The notes under the pieces: model-generated
Database searches by the model: none
What the model was told of the DNA's origin: nothing
What the model saw: only the letters and a program-made list of their open reading frames with translations
Part shown: positions 1 through 9,147 of the stretch, piece by piece
Layout: the number at the start of each line of letters is the position of its first letter
Numbering within the stretch: position 1 is the stretch's first letter
Translations under genes and position numbers: made by a program
Assembly: GCA_042571305.1 (NCBI GenBank)
Contig: JBHPHS010000003.1
Location: 1 to 52,284 of the forward strand
Direction: 5' to 3'
Origin: Patescibacteria group bacterium
GTDB lineage: Bacteria > Patescibacteriota > Microgenomatia > UBA8517
DNA: 52,284 nt

Positions 1-1138
1 GAAGCATGTTTTGTTGCAGGGTAAGCCAGTAGTGATCGACTGAACCGGTAAGCAAAATGAATATGGTAACCAACGCAAGAGTCTTTAAGTTTTTGCTCTT
101 AAGTCTTTGGATGCTCGAAGAAATTAAAGCATAAAAAATTAAGACACCAAATATTCCTACTTCTGAAAATATCAAAAGAATTATGTTGTGAACAGGCTGA
201 AGAAGCCAATGGGTAGAAATAAAATTTCCCAAACCAACACCAAAAATAGGATTTTGCTTAATTAAACCCCCTGATACATTAGCCAGCTCCAATCTTTGAA
301 TAACTCTTTCGCTTGTGTTGTCAGCTACCACAAACCCCTTAGGAATAAATATCGGAAAAGCAATTCCTGTAATAAATACTACAAATACAATTAGAGCTAA
401 TATTTTCCAAAAGTGTCTTTTATTCTTAACAAAAAGGGCAATGGCTCCTACAAAAAACAAAGACACAAATGCCGAAAAGGAAAAAGTTAGCAAAAAACAG
501 ATCAATATAATTAAGACTCCAAGTTTAATAATTGGGGTAATTTTTCTTTTTGTAAACATAAATATTAGTATTATCATCACTCCTAAAAACCCGGCTAATG
601 AGTTGGGGTGGGAAAATGTGGAATAACTTCTCATAAAATCCTGTCCAAAAAGACTTGCCAAAGCAACACCTGGTGTTGAAGCACTAAACGTTCTTTCTCC
701 CAGTAGGTTTAATGGAAAACCAAGGGTAGATAGTTTAATAAACTGGATAATTCCAATAACTGAAACAGTCACGCTTGAGTATAAAAGAATTTTTATGGAG
801 TTATTAAACAACTTAGTTGTTAGGTTTTTAGCAACGTATATTCCCAAAAACAGCATTTCAAAAACCTTAACCCACTTATATACACTTACCTCAATACTTT
901 TTGAAAAGTATATATTAAGCAGTGCGAACAATAGAAGTAAAAGAACCTTTTTTGAAAAGAACTTTTTTTTTGCGTCTGAAAGAACAAAAAGGAGGACAAC
1001 TAAAACATCGGTAAGGTAAATAGTTGGAGCTAGATAATCAACCCTTATTCCATAAACAAAAGCAGATGCTGGCCAAAAATGATATGCAAGTTGTGTCGGC
1101 AGAAGAGCTAAAAGCACATAAAAAACAATGTTTGCCAT
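1..1138 (-). CDS. O-antigen ligase (Wzy_C)-family polytopic membrane protein, 3' end outside window
   Basis: Not in ORF track (runs off the edge). Manual translation from ATG at 1138: MANIVFYVLLALLPTQLAYHFWP...; later VHNIILLIFSEVGIFG and DHYWLTLQQN, typical of this family. Confidence 0.75.
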   Translation of the reverse strand, partial: MANIVFYVLLALLPTQLAYHFWPASAFVYGIRVDYLAPTIYLTDVLVVLLFVLSDAKKKFFSKKVLLLLLFALLNIYFSKSIEVSVYKWVKVFEMLFLGIYVAKNLTTKLFNNSIKILLYSSVTVSVIGIIQFIKLSTLGFPLNLLGERTFSASTPGVALASLFGQDFMRSYSTFSHPNSLAGFLGVMIILIFMFTKRKITPIIKLGVLIILICFLLTFSFSAFVSLFFVGAIALFVKNKRHFWKILALIVFVVFITGIAFPIFIPKGFVVADNTSERVIQRLELANVSGGLIKQNPIFGVGLGNFISTHWLLQPVHNIILLIFSEVGIFGVLIFYALISSSIQRLKSKNLKTLALVTIFILLTGSVDHYWLTLQQNML

Positions 1139-1143
1139 ACCCT

Positions 1144-1605
1144 TTAGGCTTTGTTGGGTTTGATAACTAAATACCTTTCTTTTCCCTCACCCTGTGACTC
1201 TGTTACTATTTCTTTGTCGGTGGATAGTGTCATATGAATAATTCTTCTTTGTGCAGAGGTAAGGTTGTAAAGATTTTGTGGCTCTTTAGTTTCTATTGCA
1301 CGCTTTGCGGCAGAGGTTGCTAAACCATTAAGATATGCCTCTTCTTTTTCTTTGTAATCCCCCACATTAACCAAAACTCTCGACCATTCCCCTGTTTCCT
1401 TTCTTAAAATCATACCCAAAACCATCTGTAATCCTGCTAAAGTTTCTCCTCTGTGTCCAATTAACAAACCCTTCTCGTCCTCTGTTTGAATATCAACAAC
1501 CAAAGCCTCATTGGTTTTGTCTTCAGACACCTTGGCTTTTGCTTTTGTGCCCATAAGGTTCAAGAGCTCATTAACTACCTTATCAAGAGTTTTTGTCTTT
1601 TGCAT
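1144..1605 (-). CDS. jag: Jag/KhpB-like RNA-binding protein (KH + R3H, no N-terminal Jag domain)
   Basis: KH motif GLLIGHRGETL, R3H motif RRIIH; position downstream of yidC. Confidence 0.9.
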   Translation of the reverse strand: MQKTKTLDKVVNELLNLMGTKAKAKVSEDKTNEALVVDIQTEDEKGLLIGHRGETLAGLQMVLGMILRKETGEWSRVLVNVGDYKEKEEAYLNGLATSAAKRAIETKEPQNLYNLTSAQRRIIHMTLSTDKEIVTESQGEGKERYLVIKPNKA

Positions 1606-2401
1606 TTAATTTGGACAATTTTAACAAAGAGGCAACGTTTTTGAAAGACGGATCCTGCTGCCAAAGGTTAAAAACTGAGAATATTAACCAATAAAGGGCA
1701 AGTCCTGACGGAAAAGTCATGCCAAAAAACAGCGTTAAAAGAGGCATTGTATAAGTCATAGATTGCTGCATAGTAACCTGCAAATCATCTGCTCCTCCTT
1801 TTGTTTTCTTGGCAATCTTTTTCTCTTGGGAAATTCGTGGAGCTGAAGCCTTAACCGACAAAAATTGTACAAGTGTTGCCAAAATTAAAACAGGACCCGG
1901 AATTGGAATGGGTAAACCCGGGAAACGAAAAGTGTCAGGTTTGGCCGTGTCAAGATATAAAAATTTGGTATTTAATCCCTGCTCTTGAGATATCTTTAAG
2001 GGAGCATAAAGAAGCTCGTTTAATTTTTCAACCGTATCTCCGTTTGCTGAAAGAACGGTTGTAAAAACCCTAAAAAGAGCAATTAAAATCACAATTTGAA
2101 AAATATATGGTAAGCACCCCTTTCCAGGATTAATTCCTTTTTGTTTATAAAACTCTGCCTGTGCTTGGGAAAACTTTAATTTATCACTCCCATGTTTTTT
2201 CTTAAGCTTATCAAGTTGTGGTTGGAGCTCTTTTATTTTCTTCATCGACTCCATATAGGGTCTGGTTAATGGCCTGAGTGCAAAAACCAAGACAATGCTA
2301 AATACCAAGATTGCCACCCCCAGGTTGTGCCCCAGGATGTTGTAAAAAAATATCAATCCGTTTGCCAGAGGTTGGGATAAAATTACGTTAAATATATTCA
2401 T
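1583..2401 (-). CDS. yidC: Membrane protein insertase YidC/Oxa1
   Basis: LQPQLDKLKKK...NPGKGCLP..Q and PSGLALYW motifs; rnpA-yidD-yidC-jag synteny. Confidence 0.95.
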   Translation of the reverse strand: MNIFNVILSQPLANGLIFFYNILGHNLGVAILVFSIVLVFALRPLTRPYMESMKKIKELQPQLDKLKKKHGSDKLKFSQAQAEFYKQKGINPGKGCLPYIFQIVILIALFRVFTTVLSANGDTVEKLNELLYAPLKISQEQGLNTKFLYLDTAKPDTFRFPGLPIPIPGPVLILATLVQFLSVKASAPRISQEKKIAKKTKGGADDLQVTMQQSMTYTMPLLTLFFGMTFPSGLALYWLIFSVFNLWQQDPSFKNVASLLKLSKLNAKDKNS

Positions 2402-2607
2402 TGTTTATAAAATGGATTACACCTACTTAGCCTAACAACCGACCTCCATCCTCCTTTGACAATTCCCTCCCTTTGAATTTCATTTTGCGCATACTCACTA
2501 CAGGTTGGACTAAATCTGCATGCATGGCCAAAGGACCCTACAATAATAGGGGAAATAAATTTTCTATATAAACCAATTAGCAAAAGAATTATTTTTTTCA
2601 TAGTCAC
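2398..2607 (-). CDS. yidD: Membrane protein insertion efficiency factor YidD
   Basis: CRFSPTCSEY and RCNPF motifs; synteny. Confidence 0.95.
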   Translation of the reverse strand: MTMKKIILLLIGLYRKFISPIIVGSFGHACRFSPTCSEYAQNEIQREGIVKGGWRSVVRLSRCNPFYKQ

Positions 2608-2945
2608 TTTAGTAACCTAGCCTTTTTCAAAGCATCCCTAACGTCTTTCATAATTACATCGGTTGTTTTTCTTACAATATTTGATTTTGCTAAAAATACT
2701 ACATCAAGCCCTTCTTTGACATAATAATTATTAATCCTAACAGCCTCACTTAGTGCGCGCTTAATTCTGTTTCTTCCCACCGCTTCTTTAGATATTTTGG
2801 TTGAAACCACAAAACCAAAACGACTTACTCCCTTACCTTTGTCCAACACCACCAAGCCAAAGTCTTCAAACTGGTGCAGTTTTCCTTTTTGCTGAACCTT
2901 GTTAAAATCCGATTTCCCGGTAAGTCTGTGTTTTCTTGCAAGCAT
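2604..2945 (-). CDS. rnpA: Ribonuclease P protein component
   Basis: RFGFVVSTKISKEAVGRNRIKR (RNR motif); synteny. Confidence 0.95.
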   Translation of the reverse strand: MLARKHRLTGKSDFNKVQQKGKLHQFEDFGLVVLDKGKGVSRFGFVVSTKISKEAVGRNRIKRALSEAVRINNYYVKEGLDVVFLAKSNIVRKTTDVIMKDVRDALKKARLLK

Positions 2946-3086
2946 CTATACGCTAAGTTTTTTTCTTCCTTTAAGTCTTTTTCGTGAAAGCATTTGTTTT
3001 CCTTTTTTGGTTTTCATCCTTATCCTAAAACCATGCTTTTTTGCTCTTTTTGTTTTGCTTGGTTGATATGTTCTTTTCGTGCTCAT
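2946..3086 (-). CDS. rpmH: 50S ribosomal protein L34
   Basis: Below ORF-track cutoff; manual translation [46 protein letters not shown]. Confidence 0.97.
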   Translation of the reverse strand: MSTKRTYQPSKTKRAKKHGFRIRMKTKKGKQMLSRKRLKGRKKLSV

Positions 3087-3145
3087 GAGAAGATTATATC
3101 ACCTGAAATTCAGTTAACAATCACAAAAAATGGTCCTTGACGAAT

Positions 3146-3154
3146 TGTGGATAA
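3146..3154 (-). promoter_or_regulatory. DnaA box upstream of dnaA
   Basis: TGTGGATAA = perfect TTATCCACA on the minus strand, in the rpmH-dnaA intergenic region. Confidence 0.8.
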
Positions 3155-3207
3155 CTTTGTAAACAGTAATATATTCCGCCCACTGCCCCAAACAAATAAA
3201 AATTATA

Positions 3208-4560
3208 ATGGACAATCTTGAAAACATCTGGAACGAAGCTTTAGACATAATCAGAATATCGGTATCATCCGCCATCTTTGTAACTTGGTTTTCTCAAACA
3301 CACATCTCCTCCGCTAAAGACTCAGGAAAAAGAGTTTCTTTTGAGATAGGCTGTCCAACATCTTTTGCGAAGGCAACAATCGAACAAAGATATTTTGGGC
3401 TTGTTCAAGATGCTCTGGTTAAGGTAGTCGGAAAACCTTGTGATACCGTGTTTATTGTTAAACAAAAACCCCAAAAAGAAGGAGTTGAAATAAAAGTTGC
3501 TGCACCCCTTTTTGAAACAGAGACGGTTAGTGATCAACACAAGCAATTTCTTTCAAATGCCCGAATTAGACCGGGTTTTACTTTTGAAAACTTTGCTGTT
3601 TCTTCATCAAACCAGATGGCCTGGGCTGCGGCGGATGCGGTATCTAAAAGCCCAGGCAAAGCTTACAACCCCTTGTTTATTTGGGGTGGGGTAGGGGTAG
3701 GAAAAACTCATTTAATGTTTGCTGTGGGTGATTTTATATTAAAAAAAGATGATCAACTAAAGATTATATTTTGTACGGGGGAGGATTTTACCAACGATAT
3801 TGTGGAAGGAATAAGAAACAAAACCACACAAAGCTTTAGAAACAAATACAGAAAACTTGATTTGTTATTAATTGATGATATTCAGTTTATTGCAGGTAAA
3901 GACGCTGTTCAGGAAGAGTTTTTCCATACATTTAATGCGGTAACCTCCGCTGGAGGACAAATTATATTAACCTCAGACAAACCCCCTTCAGAAATATCCA
4001 AACTTGAAGAGCGTTTAAAAAGCCGCTTTGAAGCAGGACTTATTGTTGATATGGCAGCGCCGGATTTTGAGTTAAGGTGTGCAATAACTCAAATAAAAGC
4101 CAAAGAAAAAGGAATTGACATTGACATGGAGATTGTTCAAACAATTGCTGGAAATATCGACTCCGCCCGAAAAATTGAAGGGATATTAACCACAATTAGT
4201 CTTAAGAAAGAACCCATTACTCAAGAGGTTGTTGAGCAGATGCTAGGGAAAGGTGACGAAAGCAACAACAAAACCCTAAAAACAACCCCTCCAGAGCTTA
4301 TTTCTTCTGTCTGTAAATACTACTCCATTGGCAAAAGGTCTCTTTTGGGTGCTTCTCGTGTACGGCCTGTTGCTAGACCAAGACAGGTTCTGATGTATCT
4401 TTTAAGAACTCATTTGGGTCTTACCCTAGAGGAGGTAGGGAGAGTTGTGGGGGGAAGGGATCATTCAACCGTTATGCATGCTGTGGAAAAGATAACCCAA
4501 CTGGCCTCAACCAATGTGCAGATTCGTGAAGATATCTTGGGTATAAAAAATACATCTTGA
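3208..4560 (+). CDS. dnaA: Chromosomal replication initiator DnaA
   Basis: YNPLFIWGGVGVGKTHL (Walker A), LLLIDDIQF, QEEFFHTFN, GGRDHSTVMHA. Confidence 0.99.
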   Translation: MDNLENIWNEALDIIRISVSSAIFVTWFSQTHISSAKDSGKRVSFEIGCPTSFAKATIEQRYFGLVQDALVKVVGKPCDTVFIVKQKPQKEGVEIKVAAPLFETETVSDQHKQFLSNARIRPGFTFENFAVSSSNQMAWAAADAVSKSPGKAYNPLFIWGGVGVGKTHLMFAVGDFILKKDDQLKIIFCTGEDFTNDIVEGIRNKTTQSFRNKYRKLDLLLIDDIQFIAGKDAVQEEFFHTFNAVTSAGGQIILTSDKPPSEISKLEERLKSRFEAGLIVDMAAPDFELRCAITQIKAKEKGIDIDMEIVQTIAGNIDSARKIEGILTTISLKKEPITQEVVEQMLGKGDESNNKTLKTTPPELISSVCKYYSIGKRSLLGASRVRPVARPRQVLMYLLRTHLGLTLEEVGRVVGGRDHSTVMHAVEKITQLASTNVQIREDILGIKNTS

Positions 4561-4576
4561 TGATAAAATTAAGAGC

Positions 4577-4740
4577 TTATCCACTTATCCACATCAGCTT
4601 TGAATTTATCCACAAAAGTATTAACAATTGTCTGAATGTACTGTTCACACAAATATATTACAAAACTCAGCTTCAAAGAATTAGTTTTGTCCACTTATCA
4701 ACAGTCTCTACTACTAGAACTACTAGTATATATATGATAA
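4577..4740. other. Replication origin oriC (DnaA boxes, DnaA-trio-like run, AT-rich unwinding element)
   Basis: TTATCCACT 4577, TTATCCACA 4585 and 4606, TTGTCCACT 4687, TTATCAACA 4695, followed by CTACTACTAGAACTACTAG and TATATATATGATAAAAA; dnaA-dnaN intergenic. Confidence 0.9.
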
Positions 4741-4760
4741 AAAGGTGAAAGGAAAAATTC

Positions 4761-5879
4761 ATGAAATTACAAATTCTCCAAGAAAATTTAACACAAGGAC
4801 TTAATCTTACCTCTCGTTTTGCGTCAGCAAGAGCACAACTTCCAATACTTGGAAATGTTCTTATCTTGGCTAAAGGTAATAAACTAACGGTTTCCTCAAC
4901 AAATCTTGAGATATCAGCATCAGTTTCAATGGGTGCAAAGATTGAAAAGGAAGGTGAAATTGCGGTTCCTGCAAAAGTAATTGCTGAACTTGTCGGAAAC
5001 TTACCTAAAGAAACAATCAACCTAGTTTCTGAAAAGGAGCAGTTGGAAGTTTCCTCTGGTTCTTTTTCATCAAAGGTTTTGGGAATGAATACCTCCGATT
5101 TTCCTTCTGTTCCAACATCACTTGGAAAAGACTCAAAGATTGTACTTTTAAGAAAAGATTTGAATGAAGCAATACTTGATGTTCTCTTCTCAACATCAAT
5201 TGACGAAACAAGACCTATCCTTACTGGAGTTTTGTTTATCTTTGCAAAAGACAAACTAACACTGGTTGCAACAGACGGATTTAGACTTTCTCAAAAAAAA
5301 TTAAAAGTTGATGAACTTTCCTTAAATACCAAAATAGTAATACCAAAGCTTATTCTTTCGGAGCTTCCAAGAATTGAACAAGAGGAAGATATTTTATCTT
5401 TTAAACTTCAGGAGAAAGAAAAGCAGATTATGTTTGCAGCAAAAGATACGATACTTTCCTCAAGGCTTTTGGAAGGGGAATTTCCTGATTACGAGAAAAT
5501 TATTCCAAAAAGCGCAAGTTATAAAGTAAGAGTTGATAAAGAAGAGCTTGAAAGAGCAGTTAAGTTGGCATCAATCTTTGCGAAAGATGCAGCAAACATA
5601 TTAAAAATAAAACTATTTTTATCCTCGATTAAAGTTTCAGCAGAAAGTTCACAATCAGGGAGCCAAAGCACTAAAGTTGAAGCAAAAATAGAAGGGAATA
5701 TTTCTAAAGAAGGATTTGAAATTGCCTTTAATTATAAATTCCTGGAAGACTTTTTACATGCAGTAGGGGATGAGGAAATTAATATTGAGTTTTCAAACAC
5801 AACCTCACCAGGGGTGTTTACAAAGGCAACAGACCCTTCTTATCTTCATCTTATTATGCCCGTAAGGGTCCAGGGGTGA
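4761..5879 (+). CDS. dnaN: DNA polymerase III beta sliding clamp
   Basis: LPILGNVL, RPILTGV, VATDGFRLS, GEFPDYEKIIP, LIMPVR. Confidence 0.99.
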   Translation: MKLQILQENLTQGLNLTSRFASARAQLPILGNVLILAKGNKLTVSSTNLEISASVSMGAKIEKEGEIAVPAKVIAELVGNLPKETINLVSEKEQLEVSSGSFSSKVLGMNTSDFPSVPTSLGKDSKIVLLRKDLNEAILDVLFSTSIDETRPILTGVLFIFAKDKLTLVATDGFRLSQKKLKVDELSLNTKIVIPKLILSELPRIEQEEDILSFKLQEKEKQIMFAAKDTILSSRLLEGEFPDYEKIIPKSASYKVRVDKEELERAVKLASIFAKDAANILKIKLFLSSIKVSAESSQSGSQSTKVEAKIEGNISKEGFEIAFNYKFLEDFLHAVGDEEINIEFSNTTSPGVFTKATDPSYLHLIMPVRVQG

Positions 5880-6338
5880 TTATTGGAACTTTTCGATTAA
5901 GTTTGAGCTTTTTGCTTCTATAAACTTAAGTGGATATTCTATGGTTTGGTCAAGAGTGTCTCCATCTTTTGATTTTACGTCAATTTTAATAATATATTCT
6001 TTGTTTATTTCCCAGTAAGGAACCTCTCTAATATAAAGCGCTTTTAAACTTTCGCTTGTCTCAAAACTTAGGTTTGCACTTGGTGTTGATGTTATGACCA
6101 AACTACTCACATCAACCTCTTTGCTGAAAATAAATTCTACTGCTGTTGTTGGTACAACCTCTAAACCAATTCCGTTGGTGGGATTTGTTTTTAACAATCC
6201 AAATTTAATTGGTATAGGGGTCGGGGTAATTATTGGAGTAGAAGATTTTTTAGAAAGAATCCAATAAACAGAAAAAAAAGAAAAAATCAACAAGATTCCA
6301 AAAAAAATAACTTTTTTGTTGATCTTTTTGTTGTTCAT
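5880..6338 (-). CDS. Membrane-anchored protein with probable Ig-like domain
   Basis: N-terminal TM, PTP linker, beta-rich domain with VEFIFSKEVD and Y.IKI..KSKDG patterns. Confidence 0.55.
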   Translation of the reverse strand: MNNKKINKKVIFFGILLIFSFFSVYWILSKKSSTPIITPTPIPIKFGLLKTNPTNGIGLEVVPTTAVEFIFSKEVDVSSLVITSTPSANLSFETSESLKALYIREVPYWEINKEYIIKIDVKSKDGDTLDQTIEYPLKFIEAKSSNLIEKFQ

Positions 6339-6355
6339 GTTGTTTCTATATTATA

Positions 6356-9145
6356 TTATTTACAGAAAAAGTTCTCCGGTTTTTGCCAGCGCCCATTCAT
6401 CTGAAACTCCATGTGTAAATGGGTATTGCCTAATTGGTTATATAGTTTGCCTATTTTTTCTCCGGACATAATAACCCCTGTGTTTGCCCCCTTGTCCATA
6501 TGAGTAAGCACTAAGGTAGAATTACCGTCCGAGCTAATACATTTGTAGGTGTGGCCGGCGCTTCCATATTTATCTTCGTTTGCAAAATAGTACGAACATT
6601 GCCATTCAACCGGTTTTCCTAGAACCGTTGGCGCGAACACCTCAGTAGTGCCTGTTGGAAACACGTCATATGCATATCCATAGTAAGAGCAATCCTCGGG
6701 ATGTTTGCAGCCTGATTTTTGTGGAAGTGCGTAACGATAAGGTTCGCCCCCCATAGCTGTCCAGTACCCAGTACTTCCATGTCCTGTGTCGTTGGAGGCA
6801 TTGTATGAATAGTTAAATAGAGAGGAAGCTGGTTTAGCACCGGGAACAGGACAGGTAATTGGTGGGGAACCAAAAGTAAGTGAGTAGCTTGTTTCTGTTG
6901 AGACAGTGGAGTTATCAGAAGATACGGCACTTAGTTTAACTGAATCGATAATAGCTGAATCGACAAAACTTGAATCATAATTTGATTTATAGGTAAAAGT
7001 AATTCCTGTAGCACTTAGTGTGTCTAGTGGTTTAGAGAACACATCTTTATATGCTTCCTCAATATCTATCTGAGGACAACTATTGTTGGAATTGCTTATT
7101 ACCTGACAGTCATATGAAAGTTGGACGTTTGATAAACTTCCTTTTTTGGGCTTGATTGTTATTGTGTATATTATTTCCTTTCCGTTGGTAAGTGCTGAAT
7201 TTTCAAGAGGTTCTGTTGTACTTGCTGTTTTTTGAACATCTACATACGGCGATGTAAAACCTCCAAGATTTAAGTCTCCAAACGATGGGGGCACTATATA
7301 TGCTCCAGAATTAATAATAAAAAGGATTAAAGCAACGAGTATAGGAAAAGCGGCAATAGTAACAATTATCGGAGTTCCTATTGTAAAAACCATAGCTTTG
7401 CCAATACTTCCGAATAACGCGAACATGCCCCGCACAGCTCCTGATATTCCTACTCCAGAAACACCCTTTATTGATAATGAGGTTCCCAGCCCAGCCAACA
7501 CTCCGGGAACAGGTCCCCATAAAAGAAGAGTTGCAGCGCCTACGACATACGGAATTGCCTTTTTAACTTTATCCCAAGGGATCCTTTTGACAATTTCCCC
7601 AACAATTATGCTTGCAATAGTGGTAATTCCTGCTGTCACCCAACCGCTTGCAGCACCTAGCGCCACGATCGCTTTAGAGAATAGAAAAGAAATTCCTTTC
7701 TTTGCTGCTACACCCGTAGCCGCTCCGACAGTTTCTCCAGTTATTGCAACCCCTGTTGATATAGCAGTTGTTTCGGCTACAGCCCCTGTGGTTAGTGCTA
7801 CGGCGGGAGCCGAAATAGGGGCTATGAAATCGACACCTATTATTTTTCCCAGTCCACTTAAGAAAGGTGCTGATTCGGGTGAAAACTTAAGAGCCATTCC
7901 TCCAAACCAATTTGTTGCTTCCCAAGCGACAGGTTTACCAACTCCGAAGGTGCTAAAAAGTAAGCTTTTTGCCTCTACCGAACCAAGAGCTTTACCAAGG
8001 GTTGATGTTGTGGGTATGGATGCAACTCTGTTTTCTACAAAAACCCCTGCTCGTTTAAACAGAAAAGATTTTGCTTGATCACCACCAAAATCTTTTACTT
8101 GCTCAAGGGCTGTTGCTTGGTTTTCCAAGAGTTGTGCATTTCCTTGGTTTAGCTCACCCAAGTCAACCTCATAATCAAAATCCTCAGCCGGAGTGTTTGA
8201 TAATGTTACTTTTATTACTTCTGGGTTTGGACCGAAAATAATTTGAGAAAACTTTTCACCAAGGGTGTTTTTTGCAATGTTTCTGGCTACTTGATCAGGA
8301 AACACTCTGAAGGTGGAAATATTTTGAGCAGATAGTCTTAGAGACTCTTGTGTGTTAGGGTTGGTTATGGCTTTGTTTACAACCGTTTTGTCCGGGGCAA
8401 TTGAGGATAAAATTGCAGATTGGGTTGAAACAGGTACATAACCAGAAGAATCCAGGGTGGTTAGGTTTTCAACAATTGTTGCTGCGGTTTGTTTAGACAG
8501 TGTGTCAACTTCTTCAGGAGAAACACCCTGATTTTTTAAAGGGGTATCAATTTTTGATTTAATTTCTTTTTCAACCTCTTTAGTAAATTCTTGAGGTTTT
8601 TCATTTGCGGTTTGCTTAAGCGTGTTTAGTGTTTCTTGTTCTTTTTGTGTTAACTGAGGAGTTTCTGGTTTGTCAACTTTTGCATATATTTTTTTGTTTT
8701 TTAAATCAGCTTGTGCCTGTTTTGTTTTTTGAAGTTGTTCTTGAATCAACTTTTGTTGTTCTTTGTATGTTTGTTCTTTCCTTGCTATTGTTTCTTCGAC
8801 TGCTTTTTTTGTTTTGGAGACTATTTCTTCAGTAGCTTCCTTTTTAGCTTTAAGCTCTTCTTCAAATATTTCTAATTGCTCTTTCCCTGGCCTTGCTGCT
8901 TCTAAGGCGACCCGTTTTTCGGCTTCAAGTTGTGCAAACTTAACAGTTTCGGGCTTTGAGGGATTTATTTCTACTCCAGTTTGCTCAGTAATAAAATCAA
9001 CAAAGCCAGCTCGATTCTTCCAGACAAACTCACCAGAAGCATATGGTGTATCTATTCTATAAACAGTATCTTCAGGAAAAAAATGAGAGAAGCCGTCTCT
9101 TACGTTTTGTATGTTGTGGCTGGTTAAAACTGTTTTTTCTGCCAT
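6356..9145 (-). CDS. Large membrane protein: coiled-coil N-terminus, Gly/Ala/Thr-rich hydrophobic core, C-terminal M23-like peptidase domain
   Basis: C-terminal LTHMD...GEKIGKL...NTHLHME (HxH) and AYDVF resemble M23; several TM segments mid-protein; directly downstream of virB4. Confidence 0.6.
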   Translation of the reverse strand: MAEKTVLTSHNIQNVRDGFSHFFPEDTVYRIDTPYASGEFVWKNRAGFVDFITEQTGVEINPSKPETVKFAQLEAEKRVALEAARPGKEQLEIFEEELKAKKEATEEIVSKTKKAVEETIARKEQTYKEQQKLIQEQLQKTKQAQADLKNKKIYAKVDKPETPQLTQKEQETLNTLKQTANEKPQEFTKEVEKEIKSKIDTPLKNQGVSPEEVDTLSKQTAATIVENLTTLDSSGYVPVSTQSAILSSIAPDKTVVNKAITNPNTQESLRLSAQNISTFRVFPDQVARNIAKNTLGEKFSQIIFGPNPEVIKVTLSNTPAEDFDYEVDLGELNQGNAQLLENQATALEQVKDFGGDQAKSFLFKRAGVFVENRVASIPTTSTLGKALGSVEAKSLLFSTFGVGKPVAWEATNWFGGMALKFSPESAPFLSGLGKIIGVDFIAPISAPAVALTTGAVAETTAISTGVAITGETVGAATGVAAKKGISFLFSKAIVALGAASGWVTAGITTIASIIVGEIVKRIPWDKVKKAIPYVVGAATLLLWGPVPGVLAGLGTSLSIKGVSGVGISGAVRGMFALFGSIGKAMVFTIGTPIIVTIAAFPILVALILFIINSGAYIVPPSFGDLNLGGFTSPYVDVQKTASTTEPLENSALTNGKEIIYTITIKPKKGSLSNVQLSYDCQVISNSNNSCPQIDIEEAYKDVFSKPLDTLSATGITFTYKSNYDSSFVDSAIIDSVKLSAVSSDNSTVSTETSYSLTFGSPPITCPVPGAKPASSLFNYSYNASNDTGHGSTGYWTAMGGEPYRYALPQKSGCKHPEDCSYYGYAYDVFPTGTTEVFAPTVLGKPVEWQCSYYFANEDKYGSAGHTYKCISSDGNSTLVLTHMDKGANTGVIMSGEKIGKLYNQLGNTHLHMEFQMNGRWQKPENFFCK

Positions 9146-9147
9146 AT

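Noticed and set aside
315-1019. + strand ORFs 315-626 and 795-1019
   Set aside because: Antisense shadows of the O-antigen-ligase-family gene.
4557-4748. 63-aa ORF between dnaA and dnaN
   Set aside because: Coincides with the DnaA-box cluster of oriC; no protein features.
7398-8078. 226-aa + strand ORF and similar antisense ORFs across the window
   Set aside because: Fully antisense to longer genes with recognisable motifs.
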